Both the position numbers and the translations under genes were made by a program. This document shows positions 53,958 to 64,000 of a DNA stretch of 64,000 nt, one piece after another. Positions within the stretch are counted from its first letter, which is position 1, and every line of letters begins with the position of its first letter. The DNA is from an uncultured Bacteroidota bacterium (GTDB taxonomy: Bacteria; Bacteroidota; Bacteroidia; AKYH767-A; OLB10), in the NCBI GenBank assembly GCA_963814475.1, contig CAWFDA010000046.1, forward strand, positions 666,940-730,939, in the 5' to 3' direction. Below the pieces are notes generated by a model, which worked only from the letters and a program-made list of their open reading frames with translations, ran no database searches and was not told where the DNA came from.

Positions 53958-56096
53958 TTAAACTGATGCAGTTTTACCTTTTCCTTTTACTTTAGCAATC
54001 ACCTCTTCTGAGAGATTCTTAGGAACCTCAGCATAATGAGAAAACTCCATAGTAGAAGAGGCACGACCTGAAGTGATGGTACGCAACTGAGTCACATAAC
54101 CAAACATTTCAGAAAGTGGCACTTTAGCTTTCACCACTTGAGCACCGCCTTTAGAGTCCATACCTTCTACTTGTCCACGGCGACGGTTAAGATCACCAAC
54201 CACATCACCCATGTTTTGATCAGGGGTAATTACTTCCAGCTTCATGATTGGCTCAAGAAGAACAGGGCGGCAATGAGGTAACGCTTCGCGATAAGCAGTA
54301 CGAGCACAAATTTCGAATGATAATGAATCGGAATCGACTGCGTGGTAAGAACCATCGATCAATCGAACCTTTAAAGTTTGGATTGGATATCCTGCAAGTA
54401 CACCATTTACCATGGCAGCTTTAAATCCTTTTTCAACAGAAGGAATAAATTCGCGAGGAATGTTACCACCGGTAATTTCATTTTCGAACTGCAAGCCACC
54501 ATTTTTATCGGTTGGTTCAAAATCGGCATCTACAGGAGAGGCAACAAATTTAATATCGGCAAACTTACCACGACCACCTGTTTGTTTCTTGTAAACTTCA
54601 CGGTGTTCGTAAGTACCATTAATAGCTTCTTTGTAATTCACCTGAGGGGCACCTTGATTCACTTCCACTTTAAACTCGCGACGCATACGATCCACGATAA
54701 TTTCAAGGTGAAGTTCGCCCATTCCACTAATGATAGTCTGACCTGTTTCCTCATCAGTTCTAACGCGGAAAGTAGGATCTTCTTCAGAAAGTTTACCTAA
54801 GGCAACGCCCATTTTATCCATGTCTACCTGAGTTTTGGCTTCGATGGCGAGACCGATAACGGGCTCAGGGAAATTCATGGCTTCGAGAACGATAGGTGCA
54901 TTTTCAGCACACATAGTATCTCCGGTTTTAATATCTTTAAATCCTACAGCTGCACCAATATCACCGGCTTCAATAAAAGGAATCTGGTTTTGTTTATTGG
55001 CATGCATTTGGAAGATACGAGAGATACGTTCTTTGTTTCCGGAACGGGTATTTAAAATGTAAGAACCTGACTCCAATTTACCTGCATAGCAACGGAAGTA
55101 AGCTAAGCGACCCACAAAAGGATCGGTAGCAATTTTAAAAGCTAGAGCGGTAAAAGGCTCTGTATTGCTTGGCTTGCGTGTTACAGCTTCACCGGTATCA
55201 GGATTTGTTCCGATAATATGTTCTTTATCCATTGGTGAAGGCATTAATTCCATCACCAAATCAAGCATTGTTTGAACACCTTTATTTTTAAATGCAGAAC
55301 CACAAAGCATTGGGACCACTTTATTAGCGATACAAGCTTTACGGAGGGCATTAAGAATTTCACTCTCAGTGATTGATTCAGAGTCGGCGAAATATTTCTC
55401 CATAAGAGACTCGTCAAATTCAGCAATAGCTTCCAATAACTTCTCACGCCATTCTTTCACTTCTTCCTTCATATCATCAGGAATGGGAACCTCGGTGAAG
55501 GTCATTCCCTGATCAGCTTCATTCCAAATGATACCACGGTTATTGATAAGATCAACAACACCTTTAAAATGCTCTTCAGCACCAATAGGCAATTGCAAAG
55601 GAAGTGGGTTACCACCTAACACTTCACGAACCTGCTTAACAACGTTTAAGAAGTCAGCACCGGCACGATCCATTTTATTAACAAAACCCAAGCGGGTAAC
55701 ATTATAATTATTTGCAAGGCGCCAGTTAGTTTCAGACTGAGGTTCAACACCATCCACTGAAGAGAAAAGAAAAACTAACCCATCAAGTACACGCAAAGAA
55801 CGATTTACTTCAACAGTAAAATCAACGTGACCAGGGGTATCAATAATATTAATTTTATAATTCTCGTCGCGATATTTCCAAAAACAGGTAGTAGCAGCCG
55901 AAGTAATTGTAATACCTCTTTCCTGCTCCTGAACCATCCAGTCCATAGTAGCAGCACCATCGTGAACCTCACCAATTTTATGAGTTACGCCTGTATAATA
56001 AAGAATACGCTCGGTAGTGGTAGTCTTACCCGCATCAATGTGGGCAGCAATACCAATATTTCGTACGTAATTTAAGTTTTTAATGTCTAGTGCCAT
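53958..56096 (-). CDS. fusA: Elongation factor G.
   Basis: 712 aa with [15 protein letters not shown] and DTPGHVDF motifs. Confidence 0.95.
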   Translation of the reverse strand: MALDIKNLNYVRNIGIAAHIDAGKTTTTERILYYTGVTHKIGEVHDGAATMDWMVQEQERGITITSAATTCFWKYRDENYKINIIDTPGHVDFTVEVNRSLRVLDGLVFLFSSVDGVEPQSETNWRLANNYNVTRLGFVNKMDRAGADFLNVVKQVREVLGGNPLPLQLPIGAEEHFKGVVDLINNRGIIWNEADQGMTFTEVPIPDDMKEEVKEWREKLLEAIAEFDESLMEKYFADSESITESEILNALRKACIANKVVPMLCGSAFKNKGVQTMLDLVMELMPSPMDKEHIIGTNPDTGEAVTRKPSNTEPFTALAFKIATDPFVGRLAYFRCYAGKLESGSYILNTRSGNKERISRIFQMHANKQNQIPFIEAGDIGAAVGFKDIKTGDTMCAENAPIVLEAMNFPEPVIGLAIEAKTQVDMDKMGVALGKLSEEDPTFRVRTDEETGQTIISGMGELHLEIIVDRMRREFKVEVNQGAPQVNYKEAINGTYEHREVYKKQTGGRGKFADIKFVASPVDADFEPTDKNGGLQFENEITGGNIPREFIPSVEKGFKAAMVNGVLAGYPIQTLKVRLIDGSYHAVDSDSLSFEICARTAYREALPHCRPVLLEPIMKLEVITPDQNMGDVVGDLNRRRGQVEGMDSKGGAQVVKAKVPLSEMFGYVTQLRTITSGRASSTMEFSHYAEVPKNLSEEVIAKVKGKGKTASV

Positions 56097-56151
56097 TGGT
56101 CAATACTCTATTCTTGATTTTCGGTTGCCTGTTTCTGATATAATTAATTTA

Positions 56152-56619
56152 CTAAACTCTGAAGTGAGAGAAAGCTTTATTTGCTTCAGCCATTCTGTGA
56201 GTATCATCTTTCTTTTTCACTGCAGCACCTTCGCCTTTAGCAGCGGCGATGATTTCACCTGCGAGTTTATCCTTCATTGACTTTTCATTACGTTTTCTTG
56301 CATACATAATAAGCCATTTCATACCCAAAGCAGCTTTGCGGTCTGTTCTGATCTCACTTGGGATCTGAAAAGTGGCACCACCTACTCTACGGCTTTTCAC
56401 CTCAACAGCCGGCATAACGTTTCCGAGTGCCTTTTTGAAGGCTTCAAGACCATTTTCCTTGGTACGATTTTCCACTACTTCAATAGCATCGTAGAAGGTT
56501 GCAAAAGCAGTACTTTTTTTACCATCATACATAAGACTATTTACAAACCGGGTAACGGTTGTGTCGTTAAACTTCGGGTCAGGAAGCAGCAGACGTTTTT
56601 TAGGTTTTGACTTTCTCAT
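56152..56619 (-). CDS. rpsG: 30S ribosomal protein S7.
   Basis: [20 protein letters not shown]... Confidence 0.9.
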   Translation of the reverse strand: MRKSKPKKRLLLPDPKFNDTTVTRFVNSLMYDGKKSTAFATFYDAIEVVENRTKENGLEAFKKALGNVMPAVEVKSRRVGGATFQIPSEIRTDRKAALGMKWLIMYARKRNEKSMKDKLAGEIIAAAKGEGAAVKKKDDTHRMAEANKAFSHFRV

Positions 56620-56680
56620 TTATATATACTGTAATGAACTATCTAATTTTGTTTATTGGTACTTTATATAAGGTGAAAAA

Positions 56681-57088
56681 TTATTTCTTTCCTTTTGCAG
56701 CTGCTGCCGGAGCGCCAGCCTTAGGTTTTTTAGTTCCGTATTTAGAACGACGTTGGTTACGACCGTCAACTCCTGAAGTATCCAAAGAACCACGTATAAT
56801 ATGGTAACGAACACCGGGAAGATCTTTCACTCTGCCACCTCTGATCAATACAATAGAGTGTTCCTGGAGGTTATGACCTTCTCCCGGAATATATGCAGTT
56901 ACTTCAAATTTGTTGGTTAGACGAACCCTCGCCACTTTACGCATCGCCGAATTTGGCTTTTTTGGTGTAGTGGTATAAACACGCGTACAAACACCACGAC
57001 GTTGTGGACAAGATGTTAAAGCGGGAGACTTACTTTTGTCTTCGAGCTTGGAGCGGCCTTTGCGAACCAATTGCTGAATAGTAGGCAT
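56681..57088 (-). CDS. rpsL: 30S ribosomal protein S12.
   Basis: [24 protein letters not shown]... Confidence 0.9.
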   Translation of the reverse strand: MPTIQQLVRKGRSKLEDKSKSPALTSCPQRRGVCTRVYTTTPKKPNSAMRKVARVRLTNKFEVTAYIPGEGHNLQEHSIVLIRGGRVKDLPGVRYHIIRGSLDTSGVDGRNQRRSKYGTKKPKAGAPAAAAKGKK

Positions 57089-57124
57089 ATTCTTGTTTTA
57101 GTTATTTTTCAGATTGATAAAACC

Positions 57125-57160
57125 CCAATTTTTTTGGAAGGGCAAAGGTACATTATGTTT
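57125..57160 (-). promoter_or_regulatory. Putative Bacteroidota sigma-A promoter (-7 element TAccTTTG) for the rpsL-rpsG-fusA operon.
   Basis: The minus strand reads ...CATAATGTACCTTTGCCCTTCC..., a TAnnTTTG-type motif about 50-60 nt upstream of the rpsL ATG. Confidence 0.35.
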
Positions 57161-57398
57161 TTGAATTTTCAATCAGCACTTTAAAAAAAAAACCTAACAG
57201 TGGTTAACAATTTCCAAATTAGTGTTAATTTATTGTTAATCAATCATATATTTATGTAAAAATAATTCTTTCAACACCTATGTTTATAATTCTTTCAGAC
57301 ATAAAAGTAAATATTCTTCCCAAAATATGTTTTTAACTTGGAGAACCGCATCAGATTTTAGAATAAATTAGCCCGATCAAATAGAAACCAGAAATAGT

Positions 57399-59021
57399 AT
57401 GTCAAGAACAATGCTTGTAGTTGATGATGAGTCGGATATGGAACTGCTAATTCGTCAAAAATTTCGCAGACAAATTAGCTCCGGAGATTTAAAAATTCAT
57501 TTTGCGGGAAACGGTGAACAGGCTCTTGAAGTGCTTCAAAATGAACCTGCAATTGAGTTAGTCATGACCGATATTAACATGCCGGTAATGAGTGGGTTGG
57601 CGCTTTTGGAAAAGATTGGAGAACTAGGATATCCTGTAAAATGTTTGGTTGTATCGGCCTATACCGACATTCAAAACATCAGGTCGGCGATGAATCGTGG
57701 CGCATTTGACTTCGTTACAAAACCAATTGATTTTCAAGATCTTGAAACTACAATAACTAAAACCTTCAAAGCTATCGACGAATCAAGTGAGGCATTGATA
57801 GCGGTAAAAGAACGAGATTTGGCAGTTCAAGAAAAGGACAAAGCGATGTCATCGGAACGATTCAAACAACAATTTCTGGCCAATATGAGCCATGAAATTC
57901 GGACTCCCATGAACTCGGTTATCGGTATCACTCACCTCCTTCTGCGATCGGAAATGAACGATCAGCAACGGAAATATCTTTCGATGATTCAGGCAGCATC
58001 GGAGCAATTGATGTCGATTATTAATGATATTTTGGATATTTCGAAAATCGAGGCCGGCAAAATGGTTTTTGAAAAAATCGGGTTTAACATTAGTCAGGTT
58101 GTTGGGAATGTTCGGGATATTTTGATGATGAAGGCTGAGGAGAAGAAACTGGATATGAAACTCAAATTCAGCGATGATTTGCCTTCAAACATTTTGGGAG
58201 ACCCTTCCAGGCTGGCACAAGTGCTCATTAATCTAGCCGGTAATTCTATAAAGTTTACTGAATCGGGTTTTGTAGAGATGAGTGCCAAACTTTTGTCGAA
58301 AAGTGGAGATACATGCGACATTGAATTTAGTGTAACTGACACAGGAATTGGAATCTCTCCGGATAAGCTAGGATCTATTTTTGAAAGTTTCACACAAGCC
58401 AATAGCGCCATAAACCGCAAATATGGTGGTACCGGTTTGGGATTAACTATTTCTAAACAACTTGTGGAAATGCAAAACGGAAAAATTAGTCTAGAAAGCA
58501 AACCGGGAGTTGGGACACGATTTTTCTTTAACCTACCTTTTCAAATTGAAACTACAAATGCTATTCAACAAACAGATGAAAAGCAAGGTGAGACTTATCT
58601 GGAGGTTTTAAATGGGATCAGAATTTTGTTAGTAGAAGACAACGACTTTAACCGCATAGTTGCTGAAGACACCTTGAATGATTATTTAAAAGATTTGACC
58701 ATTGACCAGGCTTTGAATGGATTGGAAGCAGTTGAATTGGTCAAAACTAATAAATACGACATTGTTTTAATGGATATACAAATGCCGGAGATGGATGGAT
58801 ACGAGGCTACCAAAAATATCCGTGCTTTCGACAGCGACCGCAAAAACACCCGCATCATGGCAATGACAGCCAACGCCACACCGGAAGAGATCAACAAATG
58901 CTTTGAATCGGGTGTAGATGAGTACATTTCAAAACCTTTTATTCCTGACGAACTTTTTAGGAAAATGGCAGCGGTGGTGACCAGCCTGCCTGCCGCGGCG
59001 AAGCAGGCAAGTGGAAAGTGA
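57399..59021 (+). CDS. Cytoplasmic hybrid two-component protein with REC-HisKA-HATPase_c-REC architecture.
   Basis: N-terminal REC (VMTDINMP), H-box (MSHEIRTPMNSV), ATPase G-boxes (GTGLGLTISK) and a C-terminal REC (VLMDIQMPEMDG). No TM or sensor domain is present. Confidence 0.8.
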   Translation: MSRTMLVVDDESDMELLIRQKFRRQISSGDLKIHFAGNGEQALEVLQNEPAIELVMTDINMPVMSGLALLEKIGELGYPVKCLVVSAYTDIQNIRSAMNRGAFDFVTKPIDFQDLETTITKTFKAIDESSEALIAVKERDLAVQEKDKAMSSERFKQQFLANMSHEIRTPMNSVIGITHLLLRSEMNDQQRKYLSMIQAASEQLMSIINDILDISKIEAGKMVFEKIGFNISQVVGNVRDILMMKAEEKKLDMKLKFSDDLPSNILGDPSRLAQVLINLAGNSIKFTESGFVEMSAKLLSKSGDTCDIEFSVTDTGIGISPDKLGSIFESFTQANSAINRKYGGTGLGLTISKQLVEMQNGKISLESKPGVGTRFFFNLPFQIETTNAIQQTDEKQGETYLEVLNGIRILLVEDNDFNRIVAEDTLNDYLKDLTIDQALNGLEAVELVKTNKYDIVLMDIQMPEMDGYEATKNIRAFDSDRKNTRIMAMTANATPEEINKCFESGVDEYISKPFIPDELFRKMAAVVTSLPAAAKQASGK

Positions 59022-59061
59022 TCTACCTGTAGAAATGGTGAATTAGTAAATAAATGTAACT

Positions 59062-59637
59062 TTGACAATTATGGAACTATTAGAAAGTTTAGACCCTTTA
59101 TTAAAATCTTTTTGGTTTGTTGCCATACCTGCAACTCTAATCTTCATTATTCAGACAATCATGACTTTTGTAGGGGCAGATTCTACAGATGGCCTTGAAG
59201 CTGATTTTGACGGGAATTTTGATGGTGCTGATGCTCCATTTCAACTTTTTTCGTTACGCAATCTTATTAACTTTTTACTTGGCTTTAGCTGGACCGGGAT
59301 TTCATTTTACACTCTAATTGAAAACAGATTGTTTTTAATACTTCTATCTGTAGCTGTTGGTATTTTGTTTGTGTATTTGTTTTTCGTAATCATAAAACAA
59401 GTTCAAAAATTAGCTGAAGACAATTCATTTAAAATATCGAACACCCTTAACAAAACAGCAGAAGTTTATCTTCCAATACCAAAAAACAAATCAGGAAAAG
59501 GAAAAATCATGATAAGTGTAAACGGAGCATTTCATGAATTAGATGCAATGACAGAGCACGATAAAATACCATCCAATACAATAGTTAAAGTAGTGAGAAT
59601 CGAAAGTAACAATATCTTAATAGTAGAAAAAATATAA
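59062..59637 (+). CDS. NfeD-like / YqiJ-like membrane protein, the usual flotillin partner.
   Basis: N-terminal TM helices and a C-terminal OB-fold-like soluble domain. It sits directly upstream of the flotillin-like gene. Confidence 0.5.
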   Translation: MTIMELLESLDPLLKSFWFVAIPATLIFIIQTIMTFVGADSTDGLEADFDGNFDGADAPFQLFSLRNLINFLLGFSWTGISFYTLIENRLFLILLSVAVGILFVYLFFVIIKQVQKLAEDNSFKISNTLNKTAEVYLPIPKNKSGKGKIMISVNGAFHELDAMTEHDKIPSNTIVKVVRIESNNILIVEKI

Positions 59638-59645
59638 AATAAAAT

Positions 59646-60818
59646 ATGTCACCAATTATCATCATTGTTGTCGCAGTAGTAGTAATTTTTGTTTCTATTT
59701 CTGCATTAGTATCGAGGTATAAACGATGCCCTTCTGACAAAATACTAGTTATTTATGGGCGAACGGGTGGAACATCTGCAAAATGTGTTCACGGAGGAGG
59801 AGCTTTTATTTGGCCTGTAATTCAGGACTACGCATTTCTGGATTTAAAACCTTTATCAATTGAGGCGAATTTAACAAATGCACTGAGTCGTCAAAACATA
59901 CGGGTCGATGTTCCTTGCCGGTTCACCATTGCTATTTCAACTGAAATTCCTACAAATGCTGTTAGTGGAAATGTTTATGTAGAAGTAAGCGAAGTTGCGA
60001 GCAATACTCTTTACTTCAAAGTTCTTTCCGAAGCACCAATAATTGACCGCATTGAACCATCATCAGCATTGCCCGGAAATTATATCCGCTTATATGGCGT
60101 TTGGAAACCTACTAGCACCACTCCTCCAAATACATACTTGAGAATAGGCGGTATTGATTATCCCATTGATCCTAATTTAAACTGGAATGCATATAGTTAC
60201 TTAAAATTACTACTGCCAGAAGGCGTTCCAACGGGGATGCAGGAAGTATATCTTATCTATGACGGACAAGTGTCAAATAAAACTAATTTGTATGTTGGAA
60301 TACCCCTGGACTTTATTCTGGCTAACTCCAGTACACTTGCTGCCTTTTCACAAATTTATGTTGAATTACTTAAACCCGATCAAACAACTACTAGTACCGC
60401 GATTGAAATATATACTGAACCTATGAGCGTGCAATGGGATGTAAGAAATTTTAGTTCAAGTTACACTTTAACAAACTATTACACTGAGGATTTTAGCGGC
60501 AAGATCAGTGATGACGGTATGTCAATTACTGAATTTAGTGTTCACAAAAAATCTTTAACTAATTCAGACGATATTATTTTTACTCTCAAAGAGAATGAAA
60601 GCATTAACCTAGACAGTATCTATTATTCTTATTATACAACCAATTTACTTCAAAATATTTATAGAGGACCGGAGTACCTGGCTGATCAGGAAGATATTTT
60701 ATCCAAATTTAATATTACAGGCACTATTGAAATTACAACCGGACAGGTATGCACTATTCAATCTTTAATCCCAAAAGTAGGTGAAACTTCTTACAACCTG
60801 TACTTAACTTTTAAATAA
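59646..60818 (+). CDS. Chimeric ORF in which a flotillin (YqiK/FloA) N-terminal TM and start of the SPFH domain (~100 aa) is fused to an unrelated S/T/N/Y-rich ~290 aa C-terminal region.
   Basis: The N-terminus (MSPIIIIVVAVVVIFVSISALVSRYKRCPSDKILVIYGRTGG...AKCVHGGGAFIWPVIQDYAFLDLKPLSIEANLTNALSRQNIRVDVPCRFTIAIST) is canonical flotillin. After about 59950 there is no SPFH or coiled-coil sequence. Confidence 0.6.
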   Translation: MSPIIIIVVAVVVIFVSISALVSRYKRCPSDKILVIYGRTGGTSAKCVHGGGAFIWPVIQDYAFLDLKPLSIEANLTNALSRQNIRVDVPCRFTIAISTEIPTNAVSGNVYVEVSEVASNTLYFKVLSEAPIIDRIEPSSALPGNYIRLYGVWKPTSTTPPNTYLRIGGIDYPIDPNLNWNAYSYLKLLLPEGVPTGMQEVYLIYDGQVSNKTNLYVGIPLDFILANSSTLAAFSQIYVELLKPDQTTTSTAIEIYTEPMSVQWDVRNFSSSYTLTNYYTEDFSGKISDDGMSITEFSVHKKSLTNSDDIIFTLKENESINLDSIYYSYYTTNLLQNIYRGPEYLADQEDILSKFNITGTIEITTGQVCTIQSLIPKVGETSYNLYLTFK

Positions 60819-61163
60819 AACTTGTGGATCGGAGTTTTGTCTTTGATAGAATGGAATAATTGTTAATTCCTTTAAAATAAAAGAGGTTGTCTCATAAGTC
60901 GAAATTTGTCAGTCTGTCCGCCTCGGGGGATTGTCGAAGACTGAAATTATGTAGTAAATCCACACTTCGACAGGCTCAGTGTGACAGTAAAAATCACTTA
61001 AAGGGTATCTTGTAGATCTCATCATTTGAAACCGCATCCAAATCCATTTCTGAATTAGTAAAAGATTTTAAATCAAACGACAAGTATTACTTAAGCGCAT
61101 GTTATTTTGAAGCTACGGAAGAAGAAACAAAAGTCGTGGAGAAAGCTACTACATAATGATTAA

Positions 61164-62080
61164 CTACTCTGACCCAATCTCATCAAATAGAAATTGATTT
61201 GGACTTTCCCAAGTCGTTTTTGAATATTGATTATTATAACCAATAAGTGAAGTAATAATTCTATCATTCAATCTATGTAAATGGTTGGGAGCACAAAATG
61301 AAAAATGACTTTGCCCAGAGGTTGGCATTCCACCATCCCAAAGAGTTTCATGATACAATTCCCTTCTTAACTTTGCAATGTTTTCAAGTGTGGAAACTTT
61401 AAACTGGATTTTGTAGTAATCACAAATTGTTTTTAACCTTTGAGGATGGAATTTACTTTTGGGACAATCATTATATTTAGATATTGTGAGTTTATATAAA
61501 GCATCAAAAACCATGTATTCCATGGTAAACTTTTCCCAATCCCATTCGTAACACTTAGCTTTTAGGTGCATAAAGAGTACATTAGTAAAAATTCTTTTAA
61601 GAGATTCATCAAGAGTAAGCCAGAATTTATAAGCTACATCAAGTACCTGATTAGCAATCTTAGGAGCTGGATAAAACCCAGTGATGTTCATCAAATGGAA
61701 CCTTGCCCTCAAAGTACCAATCATGAAAATTGTAGTCTCGTTCCATATAAGAATCCCAAAAAATGAATAATAAAGCCAGCATGACTATTCCTTAGGAATT
61801 CAATACTTTCTTCACTTTTTATTTTAATGATATGTGAAGCAGGGAGTCGGTATAGTTCAGCGGGTCTTTCGGTATTTGGAATAATCTTCCCTTTTGAAAA
61901 ATCATTTATGGGATATTCAATATGATGAATATTCGGTGGGTAAAAAAATCCATCTTTGTTAACAATACTTTTAAGTTTTTTTGCAGTCTCTTCGAAATCA
62001 TCTTTAGGATGTATTTCAACATTTTCAAAACCGAATGAAAGATTTTGATTTAAAAATCCGAATGAATCTTTGTAGTTCAT
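61164..62080 (-). CDS. Hypothetical protein(s): two ORFs (61721-62080 and 61164-61724) overlapping by ATGA. This may be one gene with a frameshift.
   Basis: 119 aa and 186 aa ORFs in an AT-rich region with no recognisable family. Confidence 0.35.
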
Positions 62081-62329
62081 ATTTATAAGATTGATTTTTA
62101 TTAAATCAACATAAAATTATTTGATTAATGTTACGACAAATTATCTTATTTAGCCAAAAACATTTTAAACCAATTTAAATAAACTCAAAGAATTTAAACA
62201 TACTGGAGTAAATCTGTCCTCATAAACAAAAAAACCTTTATAACTTGTTGTTTTATAAAGGTTTATCTTTTTCCCTAGTAGCGGGGGCAGTTCGCCGCGG
62301 CGAATGGAGACTCAGCATCTTCATAATGA

Positions 62330-64000
62330 TTATTTATCTTTATATAACAGTATATTTCTATAAGTGGGGATTTCACCTCGAAAATCTAACACCTCTCCAT
62401 TTGAAGCATAAAACAAGTTTGGTATGTATTCTTCTAAACAAAATAAATCAAAATATAAACATCCATTTTCTATTTGAATATTGTGTTTCGATGTAAAGGA
62501 TTCATATACTTTAAATGAATAAGAGCCAATGTATTTTTTCCAATTAGATATATTCCCGGAATCAATTTTAACCTGATTTTCGTTAAAATAAAGTATTACT
62601 CTATCGATTTTATTAATTAGGTATAATGGCTTCTGCGTTATCTCGTCTATAACTAGTCTATATTCTCCGTCAATCTCTGGTCCGAATCCCTCAACAAACA
62701 GCTCTCCATTTTTATTCAAAAAATTAAATGGAATAAATACTTCATTACTCTGGGCTCCAAACACTGAATCTTTTAATAATAGTTGAAATTCTTGGCCACC
62801 ATCGGCCATTATATAAGAACCTGAGTATTTAGAATATTCACTTTCACCAAAAGAGATAGGCATTTTATTTTTGCGATTTTCTATAGGCTTGTTCTGTCAT
62901 AATAGTTTTATCAATTGATACAAGTTTATTTACAACACTATCAGCGATTAACTTATGAATATTATTATGATCGGTTGAATTTGTTAATACAACAATTCCA
63001 AGATCTAAGCTTGGAATCCATCTTATATGAGTCTGAAATCCAAATCCCCCACCTCCATGGCTATATACATATTCTCCATTATGATCTGCGACTTCAACAC
63101 ACAATGCATATCCTATTTCAGAGTCAGTAAATGGAATTTCATACATTTCATCAAAATATTTTGATTCTAAAATATTTTTGTCATTATGTTTACCCCGGTT
63201 AAGATGAAATTGCAGAAACTTAGACATATCAATGACATTTGTATAACAAGCGCCTGCAGGAATCATTGCAAACTCAAGTGGTGTGCTATTAAATTTCTTA
63301 CTATGTCCTATCGCCCTGTTTTTTTCATTTCGTATTTGTTCCCAATCAAATGAACTATTATACATTTCTAACGGAATAAATAGATGCTTTTTTATATATT
63401 CTTCAAATTTCATTCCTGATCTAACTTGGATTATATAGCCGGCAAGGTCTATTCCCAAATTTGAATACGAATACAAATCTCCCACAGGAAATTTTAACCA
63501 GGTGTTTGATATGCTGCTTATATGTTGTTCAAATGAATCAAACTTAGTTGAAAATTATTACCTGCTGGGGCCTCGTGAGTGAAGCCGGCTCTATGGCTGA
63601 GTAAATGTCTTAAGGTAATTTTCTTTTCAGGATTTTTTTCAAATTTACTATTAACGGTAAATTCCTTAATGTAGGATACTATGGGAGTATCAAGAGAAAC
63701 CAAACCTTCCTGGACTGCTAACATCACCCCAGTTGCAGTAATAGTCTTAGATATTGATTGAAGGCTAAAAACAGTTTTTATGTCTATACTATCATTTGTA
63801 TTTTTTTGCTTGATTCCAAAAGCATTAGCCATGAAATGGAATCTTTATTAACGACACCAATTGATAAACCAGGAATATCATTCGCCTTCATTAAATCAAC
63901 AATCTGATCGGAAACTTCATTAAAAAGTTCACCTTTACTTGCCGGGATATGATTAACTAAATTTGACTTTGTGCTATTGGTTTGGGCTACGATTGTTATT
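62330..64000 (-). pseudogene. Beta-lactamase-family serine hydrolase (SxxK) with an extra C-terminal domain, split into at least 3 ORFs by frameshifts. The N-terminus runs off the window end.
   Basis: 63518-63832 carries the SISKTITA (S-x-x-K) motif. 62865-63485 carries YSNLGIDLAGYII.... 62330-62863 is the downstream domain. Reverse translation of 63833-64000 continues the N-terminus. Confidence 0.6.

Noticed and set aside
54378-54800. Antisense ORFs inside fusA, tamB and other long genes, for example 54378-54800 and 17934-18284.
   Set aside because: They lie opposite strongly supported conserved genes and have low-complexity translations.

Overview
This 64 kb window is a Bacteroidota-type chromosomal segment at roughly 38-40% GC. 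The assignment rests on a TamA/TamB pair, T9SS C-terminal sorting domains, ORF6N proteins, Bacteroides-style N-terminally extended L22, and an S12-S7-EF-G-S10 gene order without tuf. The right half, 38.7-57.1 kb on the minus strand, is the large ribosomal-protein supercluster running from rpsL through rplQ. The left half carries housekeeping and envelope genes, including an M16 peptidase pair, a TamA/TamB pair, sucC and sucD, and hppD/hmgA for tyrosine catabolism. Four things stand out. First, an unusual small-repeat system: a ~1.1 kb tandem array (1190-2290) of a hairpin-containing 77-94 bp unit has related copies at 34.0-34.8 kb. A MITE-like family bounded by TTTTCAGTTTTCAATT flanks a decayed LLM oxidoreductase gene, and a 20 bp palindrome from the same family has inserted into one of two tandem ORF6N genes. 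Second, an intact RES-Xre toxin-antitoxin pair sits inside this repeat island. Third, frameshifts are densely clustered in essential genes (sucC, rpoA, secY, rplO, rplQ, rplR, rplF, map and others), which more likely reflects indel sequencing errors than biology. Fourth, a flotillin N-terminus is fused to an unrelated C-terminal domain at about 59.95 kb, where the window enters an AT-richer region of fragmented genes. No rRNA, tRNA or CRISPR array was found.
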